From positions 19,530,001 to 19,594,000 of the forward strand of contig OZ024741.1 in the NCBI GenBank assembly GCA_964016885.1: a stretch of 64,000 nt of DNA, read 5' to 3'. Every line of letters starts with the position of its first letter. Position 1 is the stretch's first letter. This document shows, one piece after another, positions 26,217 to 40,361 of the stretch. Source of the stretch: Eledone cirrhosa (taxonomy: Eukaryota). The notes beneath the pieces are model-generated. The model had not been told where the DNA came from. It worked only from the letters and a program-made list of their open reading frames with translations, and did no database searches. Made by a program: the position numbers and the translations under genes.

Positions 26217-26800
26217 TTGGCTTCTCCGTGGCTAGAACAATTAAAGTCGTTTAAAACAACAATCAAAATCTCAAAAGAAGAAGCAAAAGAATTCTATGAC
26301 AATATCCCACAGTCAATGAGACCTGACAAGTGGGTCACTTATACAGACGGGGACATATTTAGACAATGGAGAGGGTGTGGAACTACTTGGTCTTTCGAAA
26401 ATAATACTAGAGACATGAACTTCAGATTACACAAGAATTTCACAATATTTGACGCTGGGTGGTTCAAAGTATATTATGCTTAGATTCAGATAAAGAAATA
26501 CCACAGGGGAAATGTTTACTATCTATTGTTTCAAACAAGAAAAAGAGGCCGAGTTAGAGATATAGAGATTGCTAAGAAGAGATAACTATCTTCCAGAAAA
26601 TGATAAACAAATAACATTGATTTGGATGCCAGGCTATACAAATTTTAGGGGAAATAGGAAAGTAGAGAAATTAACTAAAGAGAGAGCAGAAAAGGAAATA
26701 ATATATATACCCTGCATTCCAAATCTATCGGAAGTGAAATTCTTTATCAAAAATATAATTAGTCAAGAGTGAGAACAATTTGGGGAAGAATTTAAAGATA
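26217..26800 (+). pseudogene. Degenerate RNase H domain of a non-LTR element (I/Nimb/Ingi-like)
   Basis: YTDG..IFDA..ITLIWMPGY..GN..EKLTK resembles non-LTR RNase H motifs; stops and frameshifts present. Confidence 0.65.
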
Positions 26801-26954
26801 AGCTTCCATTATCTCAGTCAGATCTGTCAACATTTAAAATATATCACACTGGACAATGTAAGAAAATAAAGTCTATGCTGGCTTCGAACGGGTTATAAAC
26901 CGTTGAACTCTATTTTATATCAAACAGGTCTTAGAGGATCAATCACGCCTATGT

Positions 26955-27786
26955 TCTTTAGCATTATCTGTTGCAATACTGAGAGAACATATTGAAGCTG
27001 ATCACCTCCAAACTAGCAACATTAGAGATACAATATATTGTCAAACATCTAACAACTATAAACAAGATCTTTCAGTACATAGAGATTACGTGTTGACAAC
27101 AGACACTTTTAGCTTCTTTAAAGCTGCCATTGTTTTTCAAAAGCATCTTATTTATATTTCTTTTCCCTCTCTTTGGCCTTCCCGCTTTTTCATCTCTCTG
27201 TCTATCGGGTATTTATTTCTTAACTCTAACGGGTATTAGATAACTAGATAAGATAACTCCCCTAATCTGTCATGGCCTACTAGCTCCATACGGACGTTTA
27301 AATTGATTGTATATATATACATATATATTTGTACGTACATACATGCATACATACATACATATTTATATATATATGTGTGTGTGTGTGTGTGTGCATGTGT
27401 GTGTGTGTGCGTGTGTGTATGTGTGTATTATATGATGAATTTAAACGTCCGTATGGAGCTAGTAGGCCATGACAGATTAGGGGAGTTATCTTATCTAGTT
27501 ATCTAATACCCGTTAGAGTTAAGAAATAAATACCCGATAGACAGAGAGATGAAAAAGCGGGAAGGCCAAAGAGAGGGAAAAGAAATATAAATAAGATGCT
27601 TTTGAAAAACAATGGCAGCTTTAAAGAAGCTAAAAGTGTCTGTTGTCAACACGTAATCTCTATGTACTGAAAGATCTTGTTTATAGTTGTTAGATGTTTG
27701 ACAATATATTGTATCTCTAATGTTGCTAGTTTGGAGGTGATCAGCTTCAATATGTTCTCCCAGTATTGCAACAGATAATGCTAAAG
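26955..27786. repeat. Inverted duplication with ~350-bp arms around a mixed microsatellite spacer
   Basis: 26955-27304 is the reverse complement of 27438-27786. Confidence 0.9.
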
Positions 27787-27919
27787 AAATTCTCGTCAGT
27801 CTCCATAAGAACACACATATATATATGAGAGAAAGAGCGAGGGGGGGTGGGACTGCCAAAATATGGCTAAGTGAACATACATACATATGTATATATATAT
27901 GCATATATATTTATATATA

Positions 27920-28002
<83 letters not shown>

Positions 28003-28017
28003 GATATATATATATAC

Positions 28018-28068
<51 letters not shown>

Positions 28069-28079
<11 letters not shown>

Positions 28080-29345
28080 GAACAAGTAATTTTGGTTTTT
28101 TAGTGTGAAATAAAAGTCATTTTTTTTTTCATACAAAAATAAACTTTAATCAATTATATATTTTCCATTTTGTTTGATGACCTTTTGCCATCTTTCTGGC
28201 AACTTCATGATTCCGCGCTCACAGAAATTCTAGTCCTTATCAGCCAAAAACTGAAGGAAGTGCGATTTCAGGTCATCATCATTATTGCAAGTTTTACCAT
28301 TCAAAGAATTTTACAAACTGCTAAATAAATGGTAATCTGATGGTGCAAGGTTAGAGCTATATGGTGGATGTGACATCACTTCCTAACTAAGCTCCAATAA
28401 ATTTTAACTAGTTAGCAAAGACGTATGTGGTCTAGCGTTGTCATGGTGGAACACGATTCTTTTACGATTTGCCAATTCTGGCCATTTTCTTTGATTGCTT
28501 CCTTCAGTTTCATTAGTTGTTGACAGTAAACATCTGAATTGATTGTTTGATTCCTTGGAAGCAGCTCAACATACACAACACCTTTGTAATCTCACGAAAT
28601 TGACAGCATGACCGTTTTTAATGCAATTCAGCTTTCGGTGTGTTTTGTGTTGATTCATTGCCCTTGGACCATGATCGTTTTCAATTGATATTATTGGAAA
28701 CAATCCATTTTTCATCACCAGTAATGATTCGTTTGAAAAGAAGGTCGATTTCATTGCGTTTGAGAAGCATATCGCAAATACTGATTCGTTGTGTTCAGTG
28801 AATCTCTTTCAATTTATGTAGAACCCAAATATCGAGCGTCTTAACGAGTCCAATATATTTTAAGTGATTTTCAATTGTTTTGTGTGATACATTTAACCTC
28901 TCTGCAATCTCTCGCACAGTTATATGACTCAGATTCAATTATGGCTTTGATTCGGTCATCATCAACTTTAGAAAGTCGACCACAACGTTAGTCATCTTTG
29001 AGTGAAAAATCTCCAGAACTGAATTTTTAAAACCATTTCTGACATGTACGTTCTGTTAAGCTATCAACACCATAAACTTCACAAATCTCTTTGTGAACCT
29101 CAGCTGCTTTCTTGCCTTTACGGAAATAAAATAATAAAATATGGCGAAAATGTTCGTTTTTGCACTCCATGTTAAAATTGACACTGAACTAACAAGTGTA
29201 ATCAAAATTACGCGCAATTTGCTTCTAAAGTAAGCTAAAAGTAATGTTAAAAGGAAAAAAATCCTAACATTGACAAAAGTCATTAAAAAAAATCGTAACT
29301 CTGTCTATTTGCGAAAAACGAAATTACTTTCTTGCCAACCTAATA
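28069..29345 (-). mobile_element. Degenerate full-length mariner DNA transposon
   Basis: ~1.28 kb; imperfect TIRs at TA; minus-strand ITGDEKW and PPYSSNLAPSDYHLF motifs. Confidence 0.88.
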
Positions 29346-30046
29346 TATATATATTTGTGTGTGTTTGTACACATGCATTCTTACATTTATGTAACAACTG
29401 TGCTATCTATCTATCTTCATATATATATATTTATATATATATAGAGAGAGAGAGGGAGAGAGAGAGAGGGAGAGAGAGGGAGAGTTATATATAGTGTGAC
29501 AGAAACAGAAAGAAAGACACAAATTTGGAGAGAAAGAGAGAGAGAGTGTGTGTATCTGTGCATATGTGTGTGAGAGAGAGAGTGTGTGTGTGTGTGTATG
29601 TGTATATGTGAGAGAGAGAGAGGGAGTGTCTGTGTGAAAGAGAGAGAGAGAGAGGGAGAGAGTGTGTGAGAGAGAGAGTGTGTGTGCATGTGTGTGAGAA
29701 AGAGAGGGAGAAAGAGAGAGTATGTGTATGTGTGAGAGAGAGAGAGAGAGAGGGAAGGGAGAGAGAGTGTGTGTGTGTATGTGTATATGTGAGAGAGAGG
29801 GAGAGAGTGTCTGTGTATGTGTATATGTGGGAGAGAGAAGTGTGAGGAGGTCCATATGGAATAACAATAATAAAGCAATATATTAGTGACGTTAACCAAG
29901 CCAAGAAAACATCGGTAGATATAAAACACAAATCAATGAAAAACGAAACAGAAACACTTAACTGTAAAATATTTAACAAAACATATATACTATATATACA
30001 ACTATATCAATATTATACATTAAGAAAACAGTCAAACAACATAGCA

Positions 30047-30102
<56 letters not shown>

Positions 30103-30211
30103 GTGTATGTATATATACTATATATATATGTATATATATATAGTATATATATCTGTGTATGTATATATACTATATATATATGTATATATACTATATATAT
30201 ATGTATGTATG

Positions 30212-30255
<44 letters not shown>

Positions 30256-30659
30256 CAAGGTTTAGCAAATAAGAAAAAGTTTTTAAATAAATTTTAAAAA
30301 GTTCACTGTACCTGCTATAATTACCCTATATATATACACACACACACATATATATATATTATATGCTATAATTACCCTATATATATACACACACACATAT
30401 ATATATATATATATACACATATATACATATATATATATACACGCACACATATATATATATATACACATATATACATATATATACACACACACACATATAT
30501 ATGCATATATGTGTGTGTGTGTATATATATATATATGTATATGTGTATATATATGTGTGTGTGTGTATATATATATATATCTGTATATATATATATATAT
30601 GCATGTGTGTGTGTATATATATATGTATATATGTGTATATATATGTGTGTATGTATATA

Positions 30660-30725
<66 letters not shown>

Positions 30726-30748
30726 TATATATATATATATATATATAA

Positions 30749-30859
<111 letters not shown>

Positions 30860-31569
30860 AAATCAGTGAAACCAAACAGGAAAATATATTTCTATAGCAA
30901 AAAAAAGAGGTAAATGTTTAACGAGTGAGATATAAAAAAAACTAAACAAGAGACGTAATTGTTAGATCATATTGGATGTTCGTGTTTAATTCATGTGGGA
31001 AAAAACCTTTTAGAAGTTACTCTTTACTATCCAAGATCAAAGAGGAATTTCGCAAAAGATTGTGGTTAAGGGTTGTGTAATTGAGCAAATAATTCATATA
31101 TTTCTAACCCAGGTTAAAAAAAATATAATGTATGTATGTTCTCTCACTTTCTCTATCAATCTCTGGAAGAAATCTGTTGTATTCAGACGTGGAGAAGATT
31201 GGGCTCTGTCTGGTTTTAAAATGCCCTAGAAACGCCATATGTTAATAGGGTGCCCCCGCGACTCCATTGACAGTAACAGGGCCATGCATTCATGCAAGTA
31301 TTTTCGAAGCTGTAAGCCACAGTTTTCCATTTGTGTTGCTGAAAGTTTACAAAGGGGTAGATCTTTTCACAATGAAGATCTAGATATGTTTACTATATTT
31401 TTGGCTTATTTATGGGGCTCAACTACCAACGGACGGGCCTGGGTGTATCATACCCGGGTATGCCAATAGTCACCGTTCAACTGAAATTAGTAATCTATTC
31501 AGAAAATAGTGAATTCACAAGATTGTGTTTATTTAAACATCGCAGGTATGGCTGAGTTTACTTCACAGT

Positions 31570-31698
31570 CACCAGTTGCCGGGTGTTCCGTCCCACTGCC
31601 TGGGGTTGTGATCTGAGGTGCCGGGTTAGCCGTCCCACTGCCTGGCATTGTGATCTGAGGTACTGGGTCCAATCCTACTGCCTGGCATTGTGATCTGA
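31570..31698. repeat. ~42-bp tandem repeat, about 3 units
   Basis: ACTGCCTGG..TTGTGATCTGA recurs three times. Confidence 0.75.
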
Positions 31699-32039
31699 TT
31701 TTACATAATAATATACCGGGTTCGGCTGAAACGTTTATAGGCTGACTATGACAGAGTGATGCTAGAGCTGTGAAATATTGCATGAAATAATTTCAACTCT
31801 TCTTATTAATAACTGCATTGTTTCTTTCCAGAACAATGTTAAAAAATAAACCTCATTTGGTCATTCCATGAGAGTATCTTGGTCAGCCTATGGATGTTTC
31901 AGTTGACCCTCCTGTCCTTCACTAGTTGACACTATCTCTGTGTGTAATTAGCTTTGTGTTATATCAACAAATGACTGCTGCTTCTCTTGTTTTTCAAACT
32001 TACCGCCATGTATGGACATTGGGCCTCCGTCTGTTTCAA

Positions 32040-32377
32040 CGAAGATTCAATTCTGGCTTTGATTCAGTCATCAACAACTTCAGAAGGTCGACCAGAACGT
32101 TGGTCATCTTTGAGTAAAAAATCGCCAGAACGGAATTTTTAAAACCCTTTCTGACACGTACGTTCTGTTAAGTAATCAACACCAAACTTCACATATCTTC
32201 TGTTAAGCAATCAACACCATCAACTTCACATATCTCTTCGTGGGCCTCAGCAGCTTTCTTGCCTTCACGGAAATAAAAAAGCAAAATATGGCGAAAATGT
32301 TCATTTTTGCACTCCATGTTAAAATTGACACTGAACTAACAGCTGTAAACAAAATTACGCGCAATTTGCTTCTAAAG
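32040..32377 (-). mobile_element. Mariner 5' fragment (same family as 28069-29345)
   Basis: Matches 28930-29230. Confidence 0.8.
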
Positions 32378-32557
32378 AATGTTCTAGTTGTTCGAACAAC
32401 GGAATAAACAGCCTACTTGTGTAATTAAGGTTACGTGGCTGAGCATTCTCAAGGCAGGTTTACTCTTAACATAGTTCTCGTTGAGATTTAGTGTGGTTGT
32501 ACAACTTATTGCTACCCGCGGTGTCAACAATATGTAGGATAACTAGAATCAGGATGG

Positions 32558-33460
32558 TCACAGCTGGTAGATTATTTTTAAAATGTCACAGCTGGTAGAT
32601 TATTTTTTAAATGTCACAGCTGGTAGATTATTTTTTAAATGTCACAGCTGGTAGATTATTTTTAAAATGTTACAGCTGATAGATTATTTTTAAAATGTCA
32701 CAGCTGGTAGATTATTTTTTAAATGTCACAGCTGGTAGATTATTTTTTAAATGTCACAGCTGGTAGATTATTTTTAAAATGTTACAGCTGATAGATTATT
32801 TTTAAAATGTCACAGCTGGTAGATTATTTTTTAAATGTCACAGCTGGTAGATTATTTTTAAAATGTCACAGCTGGTAGATTATTTTTTAAATGTCACAGC
32901 TGGTAGATTATTTTTTAAATGTCACAGCTGGTAGATTATTTTAAAAATGTTACAGCTGATAGATTATTTTTAAAATGTCACAGCTGGTAGATTATTTTTT
33001 AAATGTCACAGCTGGTAGATTATTTTTAAAATGTCACAGGTGGTAGATTATTTTTAAAATGTTACAGCTGGTAGATTATTTTTAAAATGTCACAGGTGGT
33101 AGATTATTTTTAAAATGCCACAGCTGGTAGATTATTTTTAAAATGTCACAGCTGGTAGATTATTTTTAAAATGTTACAGCTGGTAGATTATTTTTAAAAT
33201 GTCACAGGTGGTAGATTATTTTTAAAATGCCACAGCTGGTAGATTATTTTTAAAATGTCACAGCTGATAGATTATTTTTAACATGTCACAGCTGGTAGAT
33301 TATTTTTAACATGTCACAGCTGGTAGATTATTTTTAAAATGTCACAGGTGGTAGATTATTTTTAACATGTCACAGCTGGTAGATTATTTTTAACATGTCA
33401 CAGCTGGTAGATTATTTTTAACATGTCACAGCTGGTAGATTATTTTTAAAATGTCACAGG
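32558..33460. repeat. 28-bp minisatellite (TGTCACAGCTGGTAGATTATTTTTAAAA)
   Basis: About 32 units. Confidence 0.95.
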
Positions 33461-34372
33461 TGTGCTGAATCAGAAGGAACTGGAGCTGGACAACAGCAAC
33501 AAAAACTATACACAGGTGTTACAAATTGAGCAGGATAACTAGAAGCAGGACGGTTGTGTTGTTTTCTACAATAGATTAAGTGAATTACATGATGACATTC
33601 CCAAAGTGAACTAAATGGAAGACATATATAGAAGTCCTTCACATTTAGGCTGTATTTACATTACAAAGGTTTGAATTTTCAATCTAAGTTATTTAGAGAA
33701 TCCTTTTGTATGAAATATTCACATGGGCCTAAAATAACCAGCCTTTTCTCCATTTTAAACAGTTCACAGTTCAATTTAATGAAGTGATGTCTGTTGGTTT
33801 TTGGGGGGACGGGGAGCAGACGATAGAGTCGGTAGGAAGACAAATCGTTCTATTGCACTTTGTTTTTAAAATATTCAATGAAGACAAATATACATGAGCA
33901 GTTGATTCGTTATTGGTACTATATGGGTGGAGGTGAGGGTGGTATGTATAGGTGCGTGGTTGGTGTGATGGTGACATGTTGGTGGTGTGATGGTGGCCTG
34001 TATTGCGTGGGTGGTGTGTGGATTATGTGAAGGGTGCATGGTCATAGATAAGGAATGTCGGAAAGGTAGAAATGTGTACGTGAAATATTGAGATGTTTAA
34101 ATAACTAGGTAGAGAAAAAAACTTACGTATGATACATATAAAATATAACAGTGAGAGTTTATACGTGTGGGAATGTCTTTCCTTTTCCTTACAAAAGGTA
34201 CAGTGTGATTTGAGGGAGATTTGCCTACTATTTCTAACACGTACAATCTACTTCTTTCTCTTCTACTCTCTCTCTCTCTCTTTATTTCCCTCTCTATTTC
34301 TCTGTCATTTTCTCTCTCTTTATTTGCCTCTTTCTTTCCTATACTCTTTCTCTATCGTTTTCTCTCCCATAG

Positions 34373-34449
<77 letters not shown>

Positions 34450-34797
34450 ATGACCTCAGTGACAATAGTCAGATCTTCAGAAACCACTGCTAGCTATGTC
34501 CGTTGTCTCTTTAGTTTAAACTCTATAAAAAGTGACAGACACTAGAGACAAAAATGTTGCTAACATAGGGTTTCCCATTCTGTCATCTACTGAGATCTTT
34601 GTCAGTTGATGCCGCCTATCTTTACCATCCTTCACTGAATTCCACTTACAGAGGTTTGATGATTTCTTTAGTTTTATCTACTTTCTTAGTCTCTCTTTCA
34701 TCACCCTCATCATCATCATCTGTCTCTTTCTTTCACACGTTATATATATATATAACACAGACACAGACACAGACACACACACACACACATATATATA

Positions 34798-34909
34798 GTA
34801 ATAATAATAAATTTGAAGACTAAAATCCAAAGAGGGCTCGATAAGGATAAATATATATCAAATATATAAAAACCGTAGAGCAAATATTTATTAAAATAAC
34901 AGATTAAAG

Positions 34910-34911
<2 letters not shown>
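34798..34911 (-). mobile_element. Solo pLTR tail of the PLE family at 8863
   Basis: Near-identical to 8863-8976. Confidence 0.85.
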
Positions 34912-34972
<61 letters not shown>

Positions 34973-34976
<4 letters not shown>

Positions 34977-35163
34977 AGCGAGTAGGATCCCGACGGCTGA
35001 GCTCAAGCCGTTTCGACGGCTAATTCTGGACTGAATAAGCCGTCGAAACGGCTTGAGCTCAGCCGTCGGGGTCCTACTCGTTCCTATTACCCACTCTACT
35101 ACCCTAAGTATTGAGTACTTTGGTGAGTTATGGTCCATCTGGTTCCTTACCACATTTTCTTCG

Positions 35164-35166
<3 letters not shown>
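34973..35166. mobile_element. Fold-back family F1, copy C (opposite orientation)
   Basis: Apex ~35030; tail ends TTCGTTA. Confidence 0.88.
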
Positions 35167-35246
<80 letters not shown>

Positions 35247-35450
35247 TATGTATACGTACATACATATATGTACACAGACGTACAGTAGTATGTATATATA
35301 TATCCATACATGCACACATATATATATATGTACGTATGGATTCACCGAACATTTATTATAATGCTCGGTGTGGTTGTAAGCAAACATCCCGAATAAGTAA
35401 CAGCCGTACTAAGAGTGAGAAATGAAATTTCGTTTCATTTTTTCCGTTTA

Positions 35451-35509
<59 letters not shown>

Positions 35510-35513
<4 letters not shown>

Positions 35514-35878
35514 TGGTAAACGGAATAGAAAATGCTGACAAATTGTTCACAGTTGAAAAATGGTTTAATTAGGAATAAAAGAGTATTAGTGATTGTATGG
35601 GTTAGTATTTTGAGATAGAGTGTCCGTGTTGTTTACTCTGATCAGAGTAAACAACACGGACACTCTATCTCAAAATTATTTTTGAAAAGCATTTAGAAAT
35701 GCGCAACCGGTAAAAACTTAAAAACTTAAAACCACAACTGAATACTAACCCATACAATCACTAATACTCTTTTATTCCTAATTAAACCATTTTTCAACTG
35801 TGAACAATTTGTCAGCATTTTCTATTCCGTTTACCAATATATAATAACTTGTGTGTTACACCTCTATTCTTTTAACTA
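35510..35878. mobile_element. Fold-back insert with a nested perfect 70-bp palindrome (35607-35676) and a degenerate U3-A8 hammerhead (35679-35715)
   Basis: 35510-35609 is inverted at 35741-35840; TTGAAAA gcatt taga aatgc GCAA ccgg TA. Confidence 0.8.
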
Positions 35879-36119
35879 TATATACATATTTATACATATT
35901 TATTATTATTCTCCTCTTGGTCGAGAAAAAATCTGGTCGTTCTGACTGCTGCTAGTTATAGTGGTAGTAGACTGACCTCCCTGCCTCTGCCTTCCATCTT
36001 TACACACGGCACTGGACGGAATTGATTCCACATCATTTATTCTCATCTCGGGAACAATTTTGAATAGCGCCAGTTCGTAATTTGAACTCGGGAATTTTAT
36101 ATTCTCCGAGTGAAAAGAT

Positions 36120-36204
36120 CCTTCGGACGAGAGTTTATCTTTGCAATGGATGGCCGTAAGGATTGTCCATTTACTTTTGAGACTCGAAACCGATTCGGTA
36201 AAGG
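36120..36204 (+). ncRNA. Hammerhead-like motif (core CGGACGA) in an insert at 35902-36275
   Basis: cctt CGGACGA gagttt..agactc GAAA ccg att cgg TA aagg; the 3' end recurs inverted at 30251-30311. Confidence 0.6.
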
Positions 36205-36272
36205 TTACCATAGTGAGTACAGTTAATTTTTTAAAATTTATTTTGAAACTTTTTCTTATTTGCTAAACCTTG

Positions 36273-36337
<65 letters not shown>

Positions 36338-36358
36338 TACTACGTATATGTATGTGTG

Positions 36359-36403
<45 letters not shown>

Positions 36404-36511
36404 ATGTGTGTGTGTGTGTGTATGTATGTATATATGTAAACGAAACTTGATCGTTTTTCTATTATATGCACTCTGCTTCTGCATAGATAGAAAAAACGAT
36501 GAAGTTTCGTT

Positions 36512-36614
<103 letters not shown>

Positions 36615-36629
36615 TACTACGTATATGTA

Positions 36630-36670
<41 letters not shown>

Positions 36671-36688
36671 ATGTGTGTGTGTGTGTGC

Positions 36689-36757
<69 letters not shown>

Positions 36758-36861
36758 CGAAACTTCATCGTTTTTTCTATTATATGCACTCTGCTTCTGC
36801 ATAGAGTGCTTCATTTGGTACCAACACCAGTATTTCACCGTACTACCTACACTATATATAT

Positions 36862-37097
36862 ATATTTATTAAAATAACAGATTAAAATTTAAGCAAAGAA
36901 TCGATGCTTTCACGCTTAACGGGATCTTCTGAAACTCAGAGTTTCAGAAGATCCCGTTAAGGGTGAAAGCAGCGATTCTTTGCTTAAACTTTAATCTGTT
37001 ATTTTAATAAATATTTGCTCTACAGTTCTTATATATTTGATATATATTTATCCTTATCGAGCCCTCTTTGGATTTTAGTCTCCAAATGTATTATTAT

Positions 37098-37100
<3 letters not shown>
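36862..37100. mobile_element. Pure fold-back of the 8863/10620 pLTR (no ORF)
   Basis: Apex ~36938; same tail as 8863 and 34798. Confidence 0.88.
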
Positions 37101-37181
<81 letters not shown>

Positions 37182-37199
37182 ATATATATATATATATAT

Positions 37200-37240
<41 letters not shown>

Positions 37241-37243
<3 letters not shown>

Positions 37244-39736
37244 AAAGTTATATTTAAATTGTTGGGTTACAACTAGTAAATATTTATAACTGATATAAAA
37301 GCACTCGACAAATATTTGGAGTATATTTACAATATTAAATAAATGGAAACTATATTTATAAAACCATATTTATTTCATTATATATATTTCAGGGATATCA
37401 TATTAACAATATGCTATGCCTGCCTCAGACAAAATACAATATAAACAGTTTTATAGATAAATAGATTCGACATACCGTAACAACATCGACTTGTATTTGA
37501 AAAGGTTGATTTGGTAGTGAAAAAATTGTACACAGAGAGAAAGAAAGAGAGAAAAAAGGAAAGAAAGACAGAAAACGAAGAAAAAGAAGAAAAAGAAGAA
37601 ATGCATGGAACAAAATAGAGAGATGGAAAGATAGATAAAGAGAAGAACTTCATGTAAAGAAACAGAAAGAGATATATATATATAGAGAGAGAGGAAATAG
37701 AGATAGATACATATATATAGAAAACTAGGTAGTGGGACGTCTGTTGAATAACGTATCAATGATACATTTATTTATTTATTTATTTAGCTCTAGTATTAAT
37801 GTAAGGGAGATATATGGAGAGAAACCAGCTGTTATATAGAGAGAGAAAAAAATATAGAGAGAGAAAAAATATAGAGAGAAAAAAAAATATAGAGAGAGAA
37901 AAAATTTAAAAATAACCAGACACAGGCTAGGCGTAAAAAAACCCCTGTTTTAATGTAGAGGTATTAGTATTTACAAAACCAGCCACTACATTGTAAATAT
38001 CAGTATTCCTGAATGAGACATGTATCCACAATGTGTGAAAATTAATGATCTTATGTTTAGTTTTTAAAAAAAATTCATATGTTTATGTGATAATTACAAA
38101 CATCTATGTGAATCTACATGATCAACTCTGCAAACCCTAACCTACGGACACATTTATTCAGTTGTTGCAAACATAGATTAAACTCAACGTTTAAATATAA
38201 ATTTAAATTTAAAATGTAGTATATTTAGTTTGATTTATAATTATATGGGAAACTAGCCGATAAATCTTTGATTCTCTTTTTATTCTTTTTATTTTTATTT
38301 TATTTTTATTTTTATTTAAACATTCTTCATGAAAAATTAAGCTACCCTAAAAGTTGATGCTCCAAATATTTAGAATAAACGTTACACTAGATAAACTTCT
38401 ATATTAAATATAAGAACACAAGTAGACCAAATTGGGCATCCTAAACTTTTTGAAATGATCTTTGCTAGATGCGATTTGATAGATAATTTTTGGCTTTATC
38501 TGTTTTTCGACTCTGATGTTTATAATGAACTTGGCAATATATTGTCAATTAATTTTGAAGGGTTGATCTTTGTGGTTTATTTTATTTTTATTATTGTAGT
38601 ATTTCCTAATATTTTTATTTTTAATATTTTTAATATGTAAATTTTTTAATATGTAATATTTTTAATATGTAATATTCTTTCGTAATATTTTTTAGTTTTC
38701 TATTTTATTATTACTTATTATTATTATTGTTATTTTTAGTTTTGTTTCTGATATATTTTTATTTTTATTGGTATATTGAAACCTGCTCTATTTTTGCTTG
38801 ATAGATAATCTTGTAGAGTAAAGACAGAAATAGTAATATTGACTCTATATATATTTGTGTGTATATATATACACATATATGTATACTTAAATTTTTATAC
38901 CACATTGAGAATGTTTTCCGTGAACTTAGGGTTTGCAGAGTTGATCATGTAGATTCACATAGATGTTTGTAATTATCACATAAACATGTGAATTTTTTTA
39001 AAAAACTAAACATAAGATCATTAATTTTCACACATTGTGGATACATGTCTCATTCAGGAATACTGATATTTACAATGTAGTGGCTGGTTTTGTAAATACT
39101 AATACCTCTACATTAAAACAGAGGTTTTTTTACGCCTCGCCTGTGCCTGGTTATTTTTAAATTTTTTCTCTCTCTATATTTTTTTTTCTCTCTATATTTT
39201 TTCTCTCTCTATATTTTTTTCTCTCTATATATAACAGCTGGTTTCTCTCCATATATCTCCCTTACATTAATACTAGAGCTAAATAAATAAATAAATAAAT
39301 AAATGTATCATTGATACGTTATTCAACAGACGTCCCACTACCTAGTTTTCTATATATATGTATCTATCTCTATTTCCTCTCTCTCTCTCTATATATATCT
39401 CTTTCTGTTTCTTTACATGAAGTTCTTCTCTTTATCTATCTTTCCATCTCTCTATTTTGTTCCATGCATTTCTTCTTTTTCTTCTTTTTCTTCGTTTTCT
39501 GTCTTTCTTTCCTTTTTTCTCTCTTTCTTTCTCTCTGTGTACAATTTTTTCACTACCAAATCAACCTTTTCAAATACAAGTCGATGTTGTTACGGTATGT
39601 CGAATCTATTTATCTATAAAACTGTTTATATTGTATTTTGTCTGAGGAAGGCATAGCATATTGTTAATATGATATCCCTGAAATATATATAATGAAATAA
39701 ATATGGTTTTATAAATATAGTTTCCATTTATTTAAT

Positions 39737-39742
<6 letters not shown>
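37241..39742 (+). mobile_element. 5'-truncated Hydra-type PLE with an ~810-bp inverted 5' arm; hammerhead at 39634-39699
   Basis: 37328-38140 is the reverse complement of 38926-39742. The spacer starts with the endonuclease C-terminus LFSCCKHRLNSTF. Hammerhead reads CTGAGGA aggcata..tatccct GAAA tatataTA. Confidence 0.85.
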
Positions 39743-39776
<34 letters not shown>

Positions 39777-39779
<3 letters not shown>

Positions 39780-39961
39780 CGAAGGAAATGTGGTAAGGAA
39801 CCAGGTGGACCATAACGCACCAAAGTACTCAATACTTAGGGTAGTAGAGTGGGTAATAGGAACAAGTAAGACCCCGACGGCTGAGCTCAAGCCGTTTCGA
39901 CGGCTAGTCCAGAATTAGCCGTCGAAACGTCTCGAGCTCAGCCGTCGGGGTCTTACTTGTT

Positions 39962-39965
<4 letters not shown>
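39777..39965. mobile_element. Fold-back family F1, copy D
   Basis: Same termini as the other copies; apex ~39911. Confidence 0.88.
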
Positions 39966-40037
<72 letters not shown>

Positions 40038-40042
<5 letters not shown>

Positions 40043-40187
40043 TAATAATAATAAAATGTGGAGAGGAAGCACACGAGTTAAGATATATATATATATGAAA
40101 AACAGGGAGAAAAAGACGATTATTAGGAAGAAAAATATATTATTTTTCTTCCTAATAATCGTTTTTTTCTCCCTGTTTTTCATATAT
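40038..40187. repeat. Short asymmetric fold-back in (TA)n
   Basis: Palindrome ~40091-40187 with an upstream unpaired tail. Confidence 0.75.
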
Positions 40188-40218
40188 ATGTATATATATA
40201 TATGTATATATATATATG

Positions 40219-40293
<75 letters not shown>

Positions 40294-40361
40294 TCTTTTA
40301 CTCTTTTACCTGTTTCAGCCATCCGGCTGAGGCCATGCTGGGGCACCGCCCTTGAGATATA

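Noticed and set aside
31140-31800. Possible host exon in higher-complexity DNA
   Set aside because: No recognisable protein in the frames I translated and no convincing splice signals.
32558-33460. Regular 28-bp repeats resembling a CRISPR array
   Set aside because: No unique spacers, no cas genes, and a eukaryotic context. The same applies to the 24-bp and 15-bp arrays.
35906-36211. 101-aa minus-strand ATG ORF
   Set aside because: No recognisable domain; it lies antisense to a hammerhead-bearing insert.
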